A stretch of 64,000 nucleotides of DNA from positions 128,001 to 192,000 of the forward strand of contig CAXXVO010000012.1 in assembly GCA_963422645.2 (NCBI GenBank). The letters are read 5' to 3'. Position 1 is the stretch's first letter. Each line of letters opens with the position of its first letter. The notes beneath the pieces were generated by a model. That model worked only from the letters and a program-made list of their open reading frames with translations. It was not told the DNA's origin and ran no database searches. Positions 29,757 through 40,657 of the stretch are shown piece by piece. The DNA comes from Alphaproteobacteria bacterium (GTDB lineage: Bacteria > Pseudomonadota > Alphaproteobacteria > UBA828). The position numbers and the translations under genes are program-made.

Positions 29757-31217
29757 TCACAATGCCAAGTCTCGGAGCACGTCCGGCAGCGATTCGCTCA
29801 GGTCCTCGGCGATCACACCGGGGCCGAAGGCGACGGCGGCGGCACCGTGCAGCCAGACTCCCGCTGCCGCCGCCTCGAACGCCGGAATTCCCTGCGCCAG
29901 CAGGCCGAGGATGAAGCCGGCCAGCACGTCGCCCGAGCCCGCCGTCGCCAAGGTGGGCGGCGCATTGGCATTGATTAGCGCACGGCCGTCGGGCGCCGCG
30001 ATCACGCTGTCGGCGCCCTTCAGCACCACCACGGCCCCGCATTCCACGGCCGCGGCGCAGGCGCGAGAGAGCTTGTCGCCCTCGTGGCCGAAGAGCCGCC
30101 GGTATTCACCCTCGTGCGGGGTCAACACCGCATCGGGCCCGAGCGCCGCGAAGAGCGCCGACGGCTCGGCCTGAAACACGGTGAGCGCGTCGGCGTCCAG
30201 CACGCAGCGCTTTCCCGCGCCGAGCGCCTGAAGCGTGCGCACACGGGTTGCGGGGCTCACGCCGCAGCCGGGGCCGATCAGCAGCGCGTTGCGGCGCTCG
30301 TCGGCAAGCGCCGACTCCAGATCGTCCAGGGACGCAACCATGACGGCGGTCAGCTGAGCGGCATAGACCGGCAGCGCGGCTTCGGGCGCGTGAACCGTGA
30401 CCAAACCGGCGCCGATTCGGAGCGCCGCCCGGGCCGCGAGTCGCGCCGCGCCGGAATGCGTGCCGTCGCCGCCCACCACGAGCGCATGGCCGCGGCTGTA
30501 CTTGTGGTCGACCGCTTCAGGGCCGGGCAGCAGCCCTTGCCAGAGCGCCGGCGCGTTCTCGTGTACCCCAAGCCCCAGCTCGTCGATCGCCGCCTCCGGA
30601 ATGCCGATGTCGGCGACCACCACCTCGCCGGCGCGCGCGCGCCCCGGCAGCAGCAGGTGCCCGTACTTGCGCCGGCCGAAGGTCACCGTCAGCGCCGCCT
30701 CGAAAGACCCGCCCAAGACGTCGCCGGTATCGCCGTGCACGCCGCTCGCCACATCGACCGCGACACAGACGAGATCGCGTGCGGCGCATGCTTCGGCCAG
30801 CGCCAGCGCCACGCCCGCCAGCGGCCGCGCCAGCCCGGCGCCGAACAGAGCATCGACCACCAGCGGCTCGCCCTCGAGCAGCGCCGGATCGAGCGGTTCG
30901 ACTGGGTGCTCCCAACGCGCGGCCATGGCCGCAGCGTCGCCTTTCAGGCGCTCGCGCTGACCCAACAGCCCGAGCCGCACCGGCCAGCCAGCCTCCGCCA
31001 GCAACCGCGCCACGACGAAGCCGTCGCCGCCGTTGTTGCCTGGGCCGCAGAGCACCGCCACGGGCCGGGGCGCCCAGCGCCGCACGATGGCCTGTGCCAC
31101 GGCCCGGCCGGCGTTCTCCATCAGCGTGAGCCCCGGCGTGCCCGCGCGCGCCGCCGCGGCATCGGCCGCATACATGTCGGCAACGGAGAAAAGCGCGAGA
31201 GCGCCGGCGTCACTCAT
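29757..31217 (-). CDS. nnr: Bifunctional NAD(P)H-hydrate epimerase/dehydratase
   Basis: LMENAG, GPGNNGGDG, DALFG, TPHEGE, ATAGSGDVLAG. Confidence 0.93.
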   Translation of the reverse strand: MSDAGALALFSVADMYAADAAAARAGTPGLTLMENAGRAVAQAIVRRWAPRPVAVLCGPGNNGGDGFVVARLLAEAGWPVRLGLLGQRERLKGDAAAMAARWEHPVEPLDPALLEGEPLVVDALFGAGLARPLAGVALALAEACAARDLVCVAVDVASGVHGDTGDVLGGSFEAALTVTFGRRKYGHLLLPGRARAGEVVVADIGIPEAAIDELGLGVHENAPALWQGLLPGPEAVDHKYSRGHALVVGGDGTHSGAARLAARAALRIGAGLVTVHAPEAALPVYAAQLTAVMVASLDDLESALADERRNALLIGPGCGVSPATRVRTLQALGAGKRCVLDADALTVFQAEPSALFAALGPDAVLTPHEGEYRRLFGHEGDKLSRACAAAVECGAVVVLKGADSVIAAPDGRALINANAPPTLATAGSGDVLAGFILGLLAQGIPAFEAAAAGVWLHGAAAVAFGPGVIAEDLSESLPDVLRDLAL

Positions 31218-31915
31218 TCCGAGTCGACGTGGAGCAGATCGACCCGCATCGGTTGCACGAAGGCGTAATCGCCGGCGTCCGTGCGGCCGGCCTCGAAGAG
31301 GCGCTTCACGGTCTCGCTCCGCACCGCATCGGCGCCATAGCTGTTGTAGGTGAGGCCCGAGAAGAGGCCGACGAATTCGTCGTGACTCTCGAAGCGCCGT
31401 TCGATCTCGTAATGGACCTCCCGCGCGCGGGCGAAGAGCGGGGCCGAGTCGCAGACCGCCTCGCGCGCCTGGGCGCGGACCTCGGTCTCGTCGTGGAAGG
31501 GCTTGATGACGGCCGAAAACGGCCCTTCCATCACCGGCTCCATCACGTAGACAAAACCGCCCGGCGCGAGTACGCGGCGTGCCTCGGCGAGCGCAGGGCG
31601 CATGGCGGCTTGCGGCACGTGGTGCAGGGAGCGCCCGAAGATCACCCCGTCGACCGTGCCGTCGCCTGCCGGGAGCGATTCGGCCCGACCCTCGGCGAAG
31701 GTCACGCCCTCGGTCTCCGGCACTGCGCGGTTGCGCTCGGCCTGGACCGGATCCGGCTCGACGCCGAGCACCGCGGCACCGCGCTCGCCGAGCGCTCGGG
31801 CCAGGGCGCCGCCGCCGCAGCCCACGTCGATCAGCGAGCGCCTGCTGACCTGCACGAGCCGGTCCAGCACCGCGAGATCGGTGCTCGCGCCCCAGTGTTC
31901 GACGGTCCCGGGCAT
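31214..31915 (-). CDS. Class I SAM-dependent methyltransferase
   Basis: IDVGCGGG, SLHH, RVLAPGG. Confidence 0.88.
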   Translation of the reverse strand: MPGTVEHWGASTDLAVLDRLVQVSRRSLIDVGCGGGALARALGERGAAVLGVEPDPVQAERNRAVPETEGVTFAEGRAESLPAGDGTVDGVIFGRSLHHVPQAAMRPALAEARRVLAPGGFVYVMEPVMEGPFSAVIKPFHDETEVRAQAREAVCDSAPLFARAREVHYEIERRFESHDEFVGLFSGLTYNSYGADAVRSETVKRLFEAGRTDAGDYAFVQPMRVDLLHVDSE

Positions 31916-32187
31916 GGCGCGAGCATAGCCCCCGCCCTGCCGCCGGGCCAGCGCTGAACTCGGTTGCCTGCTGTGGAAGCTGCGCAATCATAGCAAGTTT
32001 GATATGACTACAGGCGACCGTTCGCGCCCGGCCGCTGACGGGCGCCCGTCACGCCGGCCGGAGTCGCAGCATGGTTGCCCACGTCGAGACCGTCGCCTTC
32101 AAGGGGATCGAGGCGTTGCCGGTCGACGTGCAGGTGCATATCGGCGCGGGCATGCCCGCGTTCACGGTGGTGGGACTCCCGGACAAA

Positions 32188-33955
32188 ACAGTCATGGTCC
32201 CCGCGGTTCTGAGCCACCCCGTGGCATGAAACAGGAGCGGTTCGGCTGACGTTTTCCTTGCGCTTGCACCCATTTGCCGTGTCAGGATGGGTATTGGCGG
32301 AGGTGGGGACGTGTGAGCGTCGTTATATCGGTGACGTAGTTCCCGATGACAAAACTGCTTCCGGCGGCCGGCTCCGCACCCCGTATTGTACCCGGCCCGT
32401 GGCCGTGGACGCGCGGCAAATTGCACCGCACCCGCTCGTCGGATGCGTGTTCTTCCGACCGCTGTCCCCGCCTCCACCGTGGCGATGCCACGGCGTGATC
32501 GTACGCCGCCGTGGCGAGAGCGCAAATGAGGAGGAAGGCGATGAAGACGGAAGGCTTGCACGTCGTCCGGCCGCGCGCGGCGGGTCTGGACGTGCACAAG
32601 ATGGAGATCACCGCGACGGTTCGCCTCTGTGAGGGCGAGGGTGAGCCGGTGGTGGAGACGCGCTGCTTCGGCACGCTGCCGAGCGGTCTGGAGGAGATGG
32701 TCGCGTGGCTGACCGGTCACGGCGTCGAGGCTGCGGTGATGGAAGGGACCGGGGTCTACTGGCAGGCGCCCTTCGCGGCCCTGGAGGCGGCCGGGCTCGA
32801 GGCGATCCTGGTGCATGCGCGTCAGGTGAAGCAGTTGAAGGGGCGCAAGACCGACGTGGCGGACAGCGTGTGGCTGGCCTGCGTGTGCCAGTTCGGGCTC
32901 TGCACGCCTTCCCACGTTCCGCCTGAGCCGTTCCGGGAGCTGCGCGCACTGAGCCGCCAGCGCCGCGTCCTGGTCAGGCAGCGCTCCGCCGTGCGCAACC
33001 GCGTGCAGAAGATCATCGACCGCGCCGGTGCGCGCATCGGCGGCATCCTCTCCGACGTCTTCGGCGTCAACGGCCGGAAGATCCTCGACGGCCTGGCGCA
33101 GGGGACGGCGCGCGAGGTCATCCTCGCCTCGCTCACCAGCCACGTTGCGAACAAGCTGGAGGGGCTCGGCGAGGCGCTCACCCTGAGCCTGGGCGACAAC
33201 GACCGCTTCATGCTCAACGACCTGCTGGAGGAGCATGACGCGCTTGAGGCGCGCATCGCGTCCTACACCAGGAAGATCGACGGGCAGATGACACCGTGGG
33301 AGGAGCAGCTCCGTCTGCTGACCACCATCCCCGGCATCGACCGCACCGCCGCCTCGACCATCCTCATCGAGATCGGCCCCGACATCGGCGTGTTCGCCTC
33401 CAAGGAGCACTTCGCCGCCTGGGCCGGGCTCTGCCCCGGCAACAACGAGAGCGGGGGCAAGCGCCGCAACGCACGCACCCGCATGGGCTCCAAGACCCTG
33501 CGCGCCTGCCTCGTCGAGTGTGCCCACGGCGCGGCCCGAACCAAGGGGTGCCAGTTCGAGGCTCATCACCGCGCCCTCGCCGCCCGGCGCGGCTACAAGC
33601 GCGCCATCGTCGCCGGCGCTCACAAGATGCTGCGCATCATCTATGTGGTGCTCAAGACCGGCAGGCCCTACTACGACCGCACGGCCGACTACGACGCTCT
33701 GATGGTCAAGCGCAACGCTCCTCGGTGGATCCGCATGCTCCGCCGCTACGGCTACATCGAGCCCGTAGGCGCGGAACTCAAGGCCGCCTGAGCGGCCCGC
33801 ATCTCGTCAGCCGGCTACGCGGGACCGCTTCGGACCACATCGGGGAAGTCCACCGCTCGTCTCCGCCGCGCCGACCCTGGCGGTCTCAGCCAACGCCGTG
33901 ACCTCGGGGTTGGAGCGTCACCGCGCGTCCCTCGCCAGAATCTGTTTCACGGCAA
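32188..33955 (+). mobile_element. IS110-family insertion sequence, copy 2, in comM
   Basis: Matches 2151-3918; removing it restores GAC AAA GCG GTA (DKAV) of ComM. Confidence 0.93.
32541..33791 (+). CDS. IS110-family recombinase/transposase
   Basis: Protein identical to that at 2504-3754. Confidence 0.95.
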   Translation: MKTEGLHVVRPRAAGLDVHKMEITATVRLCEGEGEPVVETRCFGTLPSGLEEMVAWLTGHGVEAAVMEGTGVYWQAPFAALEAAGLEAILVHARQVKQLKGRKTDVADSVWLACVCQFGLCTPSHVPPEPFRELRALSRQRRVLVRQRSAVRNRVQKIIDRAGARIGGILSDVFGVNGRKILDGLAQGTAREVILASLTSHVANKLEGLGEALTLSLGDNDRFMLNDLLEEHDALEARIASYTRKIDGQMTPWEEQLRLLTTIPGIDRTAASTILIEIGPDIGVFASKEHFAAWAGLCPGNNESGGKRRNARTRMGSKTLRACLVECAHGAARTKGCQFEAHHRALAARRGYKRAIVAGAHKMLRIIYVVLKTGRPYYDRTADYDALMVKRNAPRWIRMLRRYGYIEPVGAELKAA

Positions 33956-34359
33956 GCGGTAGCGGAGAGCCGGGTGAGCGGGTGCGGGGCGCGCTCTCCG
34001 GCCTTGGCCTGTCGCTGCCGGTGAGGCGGATCACGGTGAACCTCGCGCCGGCGGACATGCAGAAGGAGGGCAGCCACTTCGACCTTCCCATCGCGCTCGG
34101 GCTGCTGGTGGCGATGGAGGTGCTGGCGCCGGACGATCTTGCCACCTACGTCGCGCTCGGCGAGCTCGGCCTCGACGGCGCACTGATCCCGGTCGCGGGC
34201 GTGCTGCCGGCCGCCATCGGTGCCAACGCGCACGAGCGCGGCCTGATCTGCCCGGCGGCCAACGGAGCCGAGGCCGCCTGGGCCGGCGGCGGCGAGGTCG
34301 TGGCGCCCGCCGACCTGCTGGCGCTCATCAACCATTTCAAGGGCACTGTAGGGGGACGA

Positions 34360-34469
34360 AAGTCATTGCGAATCCGGAAGATGCCGGGAAGAAGGCGGAA
34401 GATGGCGGACGGTCAAGGGGTTGGCGGCGTTTCCGGGGTCTGGCGGGCCGGACGAAAGTCTTTGCGAAT
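34360..34469 (+). repeat. Left-end putative transposase-binding sites of the mini-Mu (two copies, 96 bp apart)
   Basis: AAGTCATTGCGAAT (34360-34373) and AAGTCTTTGCGAAT (34456-34469), inverted relative to the right-end repeats. Confidence 0.75.
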
Positions 34470-34616
34470 CCGGCCCGGAAAGGGCCGTGAATTGGCTGGA
34501 AGCGGGGATTTTCGGGGCGTTTCAGGGGTGCTGAAAGGCCTGTAAATCGGCGCGGTTCCGGGGGTGCGGATTCGCCGGTAAATCGGGGTGCGGCGCGGTG
34601 CTTCGCCTCGCCCGGT

Positions 34617-35555
34617 CTACGATGCCGGCGTTGTCCCCGCGCCGGCCTCCTTCCCTTCGAGATCGGCGCGCCGCGGGTCGCGTGCGATCTCCTCGTCGGA
34701 GAAGGGCTTTCGCCCGGGGTTCCCGACCTCCCAGCTTTCCATCCATGGCAGCGACTGGCATCCGCAGTTGATCGTCTCGGCGGCGGGTCCGGCGGGATCG
34801 CGGGGGTACATGAGCGTGGCGCCGCCGACGTCGAAGGGCCTGGCGGCTTCCCTGGTCTGTCCGTCGACGGCGTCGTGGGCGATGCGGCTTCTGAGCTTTC
34901 CGGAGCGTCGCCACTGCTTCCTCAGCCCCGGCAGGATCCCGGCGGCCTGCTCCATGCGCTGCTGTCCGGCCATGGAGTATGCGCGGCCGAGCTCGGTCCG
35001 CACGATTGTCAGGGCGCGGGACCTGCCGCCGCTCTTGAGGATGGCGGCGACGCGGCCGGTGGTCTCGCCGACGGGGACCGAGCCGGTCATGGCGAGGCCG
35101 AGTTCGGTATTGACGCGCTCGGCAAGCGTCGTGGAGACGTCCTTCATCCTGTCGGTGAGGAAGGATCGCATGGCGAGGAGCTGGCGGGTGTCGACCTCGG
35201 GCAGGACGGCGGCGATGCGGAAGTCGGGGGCATCGAGGCGCATGGCGGCGTCGACGGGGGCGTCCATGGTATCGATGCCGGCGTCCCAGGCGCGGGTTGC
35301 GCCCTCGGCCATGGCCTGCCCGGCGTCTGCGCCGAGGCTGTCGAGGGCGTCCCGGACGGAGGCCTGGAGGGATGGCAGCGCCCATGCCTGGTAATCGGAG
35401 GGCGCGCCGGCGAGGGTGGCCCGGATGTCGCGCTCGGCGCGCCCGAGGATGCGGCCGACCTCGGCGGCGGTGTCCTTCTGGATGCGGGGCAGGGCGCGGG
35501 CGCGGCGGGATCGCTCGCCCTTGAGCCTGCGCTGGCGCTGACGGTCGGTAGCCAC
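34617..35555 (-). CDS. Phage minor head/morphogenesis protein (Mu gp30/MuF-like)
   Basis: TIVRTELGRAY, KQWRRSG, HDAVDGQ, YPRDP, INCGC. Confidence 0.82.
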   Translation of the reverse strand: MATDRQRQRRLKGERSRRARALPRIQKDTAAEVGRILGRAERDIRATLAGAPSDYQAWALPSLQASVRDALDSLGADAGQAMAEGATRAWDAGIDTMDAPVDAAMRLDAPDFRIAAVLPEVDTRQLLAMRSFLTDRMKDVSTTLAERVNTELGLAMTGSVPVGETTGRVAAILKSGGRSRALTIVRTELGRAYSMAGQQRMEQAAGILPGLRKQWRRSGKLRSRIAHDAVDGQTREAARPFDVGGATLMYPRDPAGPAAETINCGCQSLPWMESWEVGNPGRKPFSDEEIARDPRRADLEGKEAGAGTTPAS

Positions 35556-35558
35556 GTG

Positions 35559-36983
35559 CTACGCCTCGCCGTCGTCGGCGTCCTCGTCCTGCGGGGGCTC
35601 GCGGAAGGCGTCTTCTTCGGCCCGTCCGGCGGCGTCTTCGCGCGCCGCCTCGAGTTCGGCGTCGGCGTCGATCTCGACGCCGAGGCGCCCGGCGACGGCG
35701 GCGATGACGCGGAGCGCGGTGGCGTCCGAGAGCAGGCCGCGCTCGATGGCGAGCGCCGCGGCGCCTGCGGTCTGGGCGAGCGCGGCGGCGTGTCGGGAGG
35801 CGTCGGCGACCACCATCTCGGGCCATTCGACGGAGACGGCGAGGGCGGGGTCTGCGGGATCGGGCCATGATGCGCCGGAGGGGTCGAGCCTGCGGGCGAT
35901 GGCGTAGTCTGCGGCCCGGCGCAGGATCTCGGTCCACAGCCTCTGGCGCATCTTGAGGGTCTTGAAGGCGGGATCGCCCATCTCTGCGGCGGTTGCGCGG
36001 TTGACGTCGCCGCCGCCGCCGAACCAGTGCTCGGGCATGCCGGCGCCGCCGAGCAGGTGGTTGCGGAAGAGGCGGGATGTTGCGTCGAGGTCGCGGCCGC
36101 CGAGGTCCGGGGCGAGCGCCTGCCATGTCTCGCTCTCGTTGTGGACGCGGACGGTTCCGGGCGTGGGCGCCGTGGCCCTTGCGGCGCGCTCCTCGACCTC
36201 TTCCTGACTGGCGCCGGTCATGGTGACGTCCCAGACGAAGGCGCGGAGGAAGTGGGCGCGGTCGATCTCTCCGAAGAGGTGTCGCTCGTATCCGTCGAGC
36301 CAGTCGATGGCGGCGAGCAGGTCGGAGCGTCCGCGGGATGCGCCGGGCCTGGCGTTGGCGCGGAAGTAGAGGATGTCGCCCGAGGTCATGGTCTCGCGGA
36401 TGGCGCGGGCGGCGGGCGCGAGGACGGTTTCGGGTCCGCCGACGGCGGTGCGGTAGCGCCGGGCTTCGCCCCTGCGGTCCTTCTTCGTCACGATGCCGAT
36501 GGGGCGGGACGCGTTGTCGGGGTCCATGACCACGGTCTCGACGGCGTCGGGGTCGAGCCACGCCATGCGGACGTGGCCGGAGGCGGGGTCTGCGAAGACG
36601 GGCCATGCGGTCTCGCCGGCGAGCGCGAGGTCGCGCATGAGCTCGGGGAGGCGGAGCGGCATGTCGGTGACGGGATCGCGCCACCATGCGTCGAGCCATT
36701 TCTGGGCGTCCGGGTCGGGGACGCGCACGCGCACGCCGTCGGCGAGGAGGAAGGCGACGGGGAGCTCGACGAGCTGGCGGGCGAGCAGGTTGGTTTCCCA
36801 GAGGTGCGTCGCGAGCTTCCTCATCCTGCTCTGGGTCAGCGGCGAGAGGTCGCGGCGTCCGTCTCCGGTGAGCGGGCGCCACTGGTCCTCGTCCCTGTCG
36901 ATTCCCTTCCCCGCCGCCTCCCGGAGGGCGGTAGCGTGCGGCGGGGCGCCGCCGAGCATGCGGATGAGGGCCGAGCGGATCAC
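35559..36983 (-). CDS. Probable phage portal protein
   Basis: ~474 aa between terminase and MuF; GRSDL, WFGGGGDVNRATA, VEWPE portal-like motifs. Confidence 0.7.
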   Translation of the reverse strand: MIRSALIRMLGGAPPHATALREAAGKGIDRDEDQWRPLTGDGRRDLSPLTQSRMRKLATHLWETNLLARQLVELPVAFLLADGVRVRVPDPDAQKWLDAWWRDPVTDMPLRLPELMRDLALAGETAWPVFADPASGHVRMAWLDPDAVETVVMDPDNASRPIGIVTKKDRRGEARRYRTAVGGPETVLAPAARAIRETMTSGDILYFRANARPGASRGRSDLLAAIDWLDGYERHLFGEIDRAHFLRAFVWDVTMTGASQEEVEERAARATAPTPGTVRVHNESETWQALAPDLGGRDLDATSRLFRNHLLGGAGMPEHWFGGGGDVNRATAAEMGDPAFKTLKMRQRLWTEILRRAADYAIARRLDPSGASWPDPADPALAVSVEWPEMVVADASRHAAALAQTAGAAALAIERGLLSDATALRVIAAVAGRLGVEIDADAELEAAREDAAGRAEEDAFREPPQDEDADDGEA

Positions 36984-38365
36984 CGCCACATCCCCTCCCC
37001 GGGCCGCCCGAACATGGTGAGGGGCTGGCGCCCGGCAAGGCGGGAGGGTGTGAAGGCGTCGCGGGGATCGCCCTGCGCCCAGGCGCCGGCCGGGGGCGGG
37101 CGGCTTTCGGCGGCAGCCGCGCAGGCCAGCGCTGCGGCCCAGAAGCGGTCGGCATGGCCGTCGGTCTCGCCGTCGGCGGCGAGGCGGGGGCTGCCGGTGG
37201 GTCCGACGGTCTTGCGCACGGCGTGCAGGTCGGCGCGGAGCACCGGGTCGCCGGAGGGCACGCGGATGGTGCGGTCTTCGAAGCGCTCCTTCAGCGCGGT
37301 GGCGAGGTCGAGCTTGCGGGGTCCGGTGAACAGCACCCCCTCGACACGGGTTGCGCCGTAGCGGCGTTTGGCGTCCTCGACCGGCTTCTCGCCCATGCCG
37401 GTCTGGTCCATGGCGATGCGCACCGGTCTGTAGCGCTCCACCAGGGCATCGAGGGTATCGTCCTGCTCCCTGAAGGTCTTGCCCCTGAGGGTTCTGATCT
37501 CGCGGGTCCAGGCGACGTCGCCGACCGTCTCGATCACCCAGGCGACCCAGAGATCGTTGCGCCGCGCGATGTCGTTGCCGATGAACACGGGGCCGCCGGC
37601 GTGGCCCGCAGGCTCGCCGGCCGCCTCGTCTTCGGCGCCGTCGATCAGGTCGTAGGGGAGCCAGGCCGAGGCCTCGTCGAGCCACTGGCACTCGTATTCC
37701 TGGCGCCACAGGTCCTCGTCGGCGAGGCCCGCGCGCAGCTCGTCGATATCGGCGGGGTAGCCGTCCGCGACCGCGCGGTGGATATCGACGGCATGACGCG
37801 ACCAGCGCCCGTCGTCGCTTGTCATGAGTTCGTAGAACTTGCCCGCCTTGCCCCTGGGCGTGGAGGTGATCCTGATCTTCCAGCCGCGGGTGATCGAGGG
37901 GAAGAGCGCGCCCCAGATCGCGCGGCTGTCGCGGTGCAGGGCGAACTCGTCGAGATAGACGTTGCGGGAGTAGCCGCGGGCGGTGTCGGGGTTGGCGGGC
38001 AGCGCGGTGACGACGTTGCCCGAGCCGGCGTCCCATTCGTGGGCGCGGAAGACCTGGTCGCCGATCGCCAGGTCGTACTCCAGGGCCTCCAGCGCGAGCC
38101 CGTAGGCGCGGGCGTGGGCATGGATGCCGGCGCGCATGGCCTCTCGCGCCTGGCGGTCGCCGCGCGAGAGGATCAGCCAGGGCGAGGCGCGGCCGCGCGC
38201 GCGGGCCTCCATGACGCTGTCGACGATCTCCAGGGTTGCGGTGAAGGTCTTGCCGATCTGGCGCGACCACATGCCGATCTTGAAGCGGCTGCGGTCGGCG
38301 AGCCAGCGGTGCTGGTAGGGGTAGAGCGGCATGGGCGCCGCCGGCCGCCGGCCGGGGCCGCTCAT
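36980..38365 (-). CDS. Terminase large subunit (Mu gp28-like)
   Basis: LYPYQ, SRQIGKT Walker A, YLDEFA Walker B, TSTP, GNDIAR, DQTGMGE, HADRFWA. Confidence 0.9.
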   Translation of the reverse strand: MSGPGRRPAAPMPLYPYQHRWLADRSRFKIGMWSRQIGKTFTATLEIVDSVMEARARGRASPWLILSRGDRQAREAMRAGIHAHARAYGLALEALEYDLAIGDQVFRAHEWDAGSGNVVTALPANPDTARGYSRNVYLDEFALHRDSRAIWGALFPSITRGWKIRITSTPRGKAGKFYELMTSDDGRWSRHAVDIHRAVADGYPADIDELRAGLADEDLWRQEYECQWLDEASAWLPYDLIDGAEDEAAGEPAGHAGGPVFIGNDIARRNDLWVAWVIETVGDVAWTREIRTLRGKTFREQDDTLDALVERYRPVRIAMDQTGMGEKPVEDAKRRYGATRVEGVLFTGPRKLDLATALKERFEDRTIRVPSGDPVLRADLHAVRKTVGPTGSPRLAADGETDGHADRFWAAALACAAAAESRPPPAGAWAQGDPRDAFTPSRLAGRQPLTMFGRPGEGMWR

Positions 38366-38498
38366 GCGTCGAAGATCCCGTAGACGTCCTGGCGGACGCG
38401 GCGGATCGCGGCCCTGGGGTCGGCGCTGTCTGCGGCCTGCTCCTCGGCCTCGGCGAGGCGCTTGTCCACGGCCGAGGCGGCGTCGGCGAGGATCTTGC

Positions 38499-40657
38499 CC
38501 CAGGTTGGCACTTTTTGTGTTCTGCTGTCGTTTATCGCTTTGATATGGCGCAATATTTTTCTCTGCCGATTCCAACATGGCACTACATTTTGTGAGATTC
38601 TGTCAGCTCGTCAGGCGGGTCCTCGTGCGGTGGATGGCGGGGTCAACACCCGCCGCCGAGGAGATTTGGGCGACCTCGGCGGCCGGGCGCGTGTCCTGGC
38701 GGTTGACGATCAAGGTGCCGTCGGTCTGGCGCAGTCGCGTGGTGATCCGCACCCAGGTCCGCATGCCCTCGCGGATCGATGCCCAGCACTTGTGGATGCC
38801 CCGCGCGGCCAGTCGGGTACGGATCAGATGCACGGCGTGATAGGCCAGCACGGCGATCAGCAGGTGGGCCGCGATGCGACGGTCGAGCTGGTGCCAGATC
38901 GGGCGAAGGCCGAGCTCGGATTTCAGGCTGCGGAAGGTGGCCTCGATGTCGGTGATGCGCCAGTAGGTCCGCAGGATCGTCTCGATATCCCAGTCGACGT
39001 GGCTGGTGCGCAGCACATAGGCGCCGGCGCCCTCGTCGGCCTCGTCGTATTGCGGCCTGCGCTTGAAGCGCACGGCGGCGGCGTTGGGGCCGGTTTTCGC
39101 CTTCTCGACCGTGACCTCGTAGTGTCTGGCGACGGTGGAGAAGCGCTGCTTGAGACGGCCAATGCTCTCCAGCACCCTGTCGTAGCGCTTGAGGCGGCCC
39201 TTGACCGGCAGGCCGCTATGGAGCCTTTCCAGCGCCGCCTCGAAGCGGTTCCGCCTGAGGCCGATGATCGCGTTCTCGGCCTTCTTCTTGCCCTCGCTGA
39301 CGACGTAGAGCCGCGCCTCGCCGTCCTCGCTGGCAAGCCGCCAGGCGCGCACCTCGTGCCGCGCGCTGGTGATCAGCAGAGCCTCGGGCCCGCCCTCGGG
39401 CAGCGGCGGCCTGGCGCCGCGGCTGACCGCGATCCAGTCGTAGCCCTGCTCGCCCAGCCACGCGACGTTCTCCTCGGTGGCGATGCCCGCGTCCATGACC
39501 ACCGTGGGCTTCGGCGCCGTGCCGCCGCACACCGCCTCGAGCCTGACCAGCGCGTCCTCCAGCGTGCCCGGCTCGCTCACGTTGCCCGGCAGGATCTCGC
39601 AACTGCGCGGGAAGCCTGCGCCGTCGAGCGCCAGCGCCAGCGTGATCAGCGGACAGTCGTCGCGCTTCTGCTTGGAGCGCCCGAACCTGGGAAGCTGGCC
39701 GTGGGTGTGGCCGTGGTAGTGGACATTGGTGAGATCGTAAAAGGCGATCGTTTCGGGCAGGTCGAGCAGCGCGCGCTCGCGGTTGAACAGCTCCCGCTGA
39801 ATGGCGGCCCGGTGGCGCCAGAGCAGGTCGCCGATGCGGTAGAGCGTCTTGCGCCGCAGCGCCTTGCGGTCGCCCTCCAGCCCCAGGAGCTCGGCGGTCG
39901 CGCTGTCGCGGCGCAGCCAGCGGCTGGTGTCACGCTCGCTGGCGGGATGGACCATCCTGGCGACGATCAGCGCGCTGGCGATGCGCCCGTCGCGGCCCTT
40001 GATATCGAGGCCGTGGAGGATGTCGGCGAAGCCGAGGTCGTCGAGGGCCTTGAGGCACAGGCGCTCGCAGCCGACCGTGCGCGGGTTCTCGTGCTCCAGG
40101 GTATCGAGGTCGACGGTGGCGATGTCGGGCTTGCGCGCCTCTTCCTGTATCGCCTCGGGGCGGAACCCCCTGGCCCTGAGCTTGGCGACGATGTCCTCGG
40201 CTGCGGCCTGCACGTCCGGCGCGGCTTCGAGCAGCGGCGGGCGGCCGTTGAGCAGCGCCTCGGCGAGTCCGGCAACTTCGCGCCATTTCTCCTTCGGCAC
40301 CGGATAGTCGGTGCCGAGGTTGAGAAGCGTGCGCTGCCTGACCTTGTCGCCGATGCGCTGCGAGAGCACGAGGCGATGGCTGCGGACCGGCTTGCCTTCG
40401 GTAGTGTGGGTCTTGGTTGCCCTGATGAACATGTCGCCCGGCACGTTTTGGTCGTGGCGGGTTCAGATATGTCGGCTTTGGTGGTGGGGTCAAGGGAAAT
40501 CCTGCAAACCCACCATTCCCTGGCACTACAAAGGGAGTTCGAGACGGCAATCGCAAATGTAGGGGCGTGCCCTTCTCGTCAACGCTATATCTGGTGTGTC
40601 AGCCGGAAAAACCTGGCCAATTCGGCCCCGAACAAACGGAAAAAGTGCCAACTTGGG
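38499..40657 (-). mobile_element. IS1634-family insertion sequence
   Basis: Terminal IRs CCCAGGTTGGCACTTTTT / AAAAAGTGCCAACTTGGG; TTGC duplicated on both flanks. Confidence 0.88.
38603..40432 (-). CDS. IS1634-family DDE transposase
   Basis: FYDLTN, FGRSKQKR, VMDAGI, IEATFRSLKSELGLRPIWH. Confidence 0.92.
   Translation of the reverse strand: MFIRATKTHTTEGKPVRSHRLVLSQRIGDKVRQRTLLNLGTDYPVPKEKWREVAGLAEALLNGRPPLLEAAPDVQAAAEDIVAKLRARGFRPEAIQEEARKPDIATVDLDTLEHENPRTVGCERLCLKALDDLGFADILHGLDIKGRDGRIASALIVARMVHPASERDTSRWLRRDSATAELLGLEGDRKALRRKTLYRIGDLLWRHRAAIQRELFNRERALLDLPETIAFYDLTNVHYHGHTHGQLPRFGRSKQKRDDCPLITLALALDGAGFPRSCEILPGNVSEPGTLEDALVRLEAVCGGTAPKPTVVMDAGIATEENVAWLGEQGYDWIAVSRGARPPLPEGGPEALLITSARHEVRAWRLASEDGEARLYVVSEGKKKAENAIIGLRRNRFEAALERLHSGLPVKGRLKRYDRVLESIGRLKQRFSTVARHYEVTVEKAKTGPNAAAVRFKRRPQYDEADEGAGAYVLRTSHVDWDIETILRTYWRITDIEATFRSLKSELGLRPIWHQLDRRIAAHLLIAVLAYHAVHLIRTRLAARGIHKCWASIREGMRTWVRITTRLRQTDGTLIVNRQDTRPAAEVAQISSAAGVDPAIHRTRTRLTS

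Noticed and set aside
2151-33955. The two IS110 copies as a 32-kb composite transposon
   Set aside because: Each copy has its own separately reconstructable target site, so they are independent insertions
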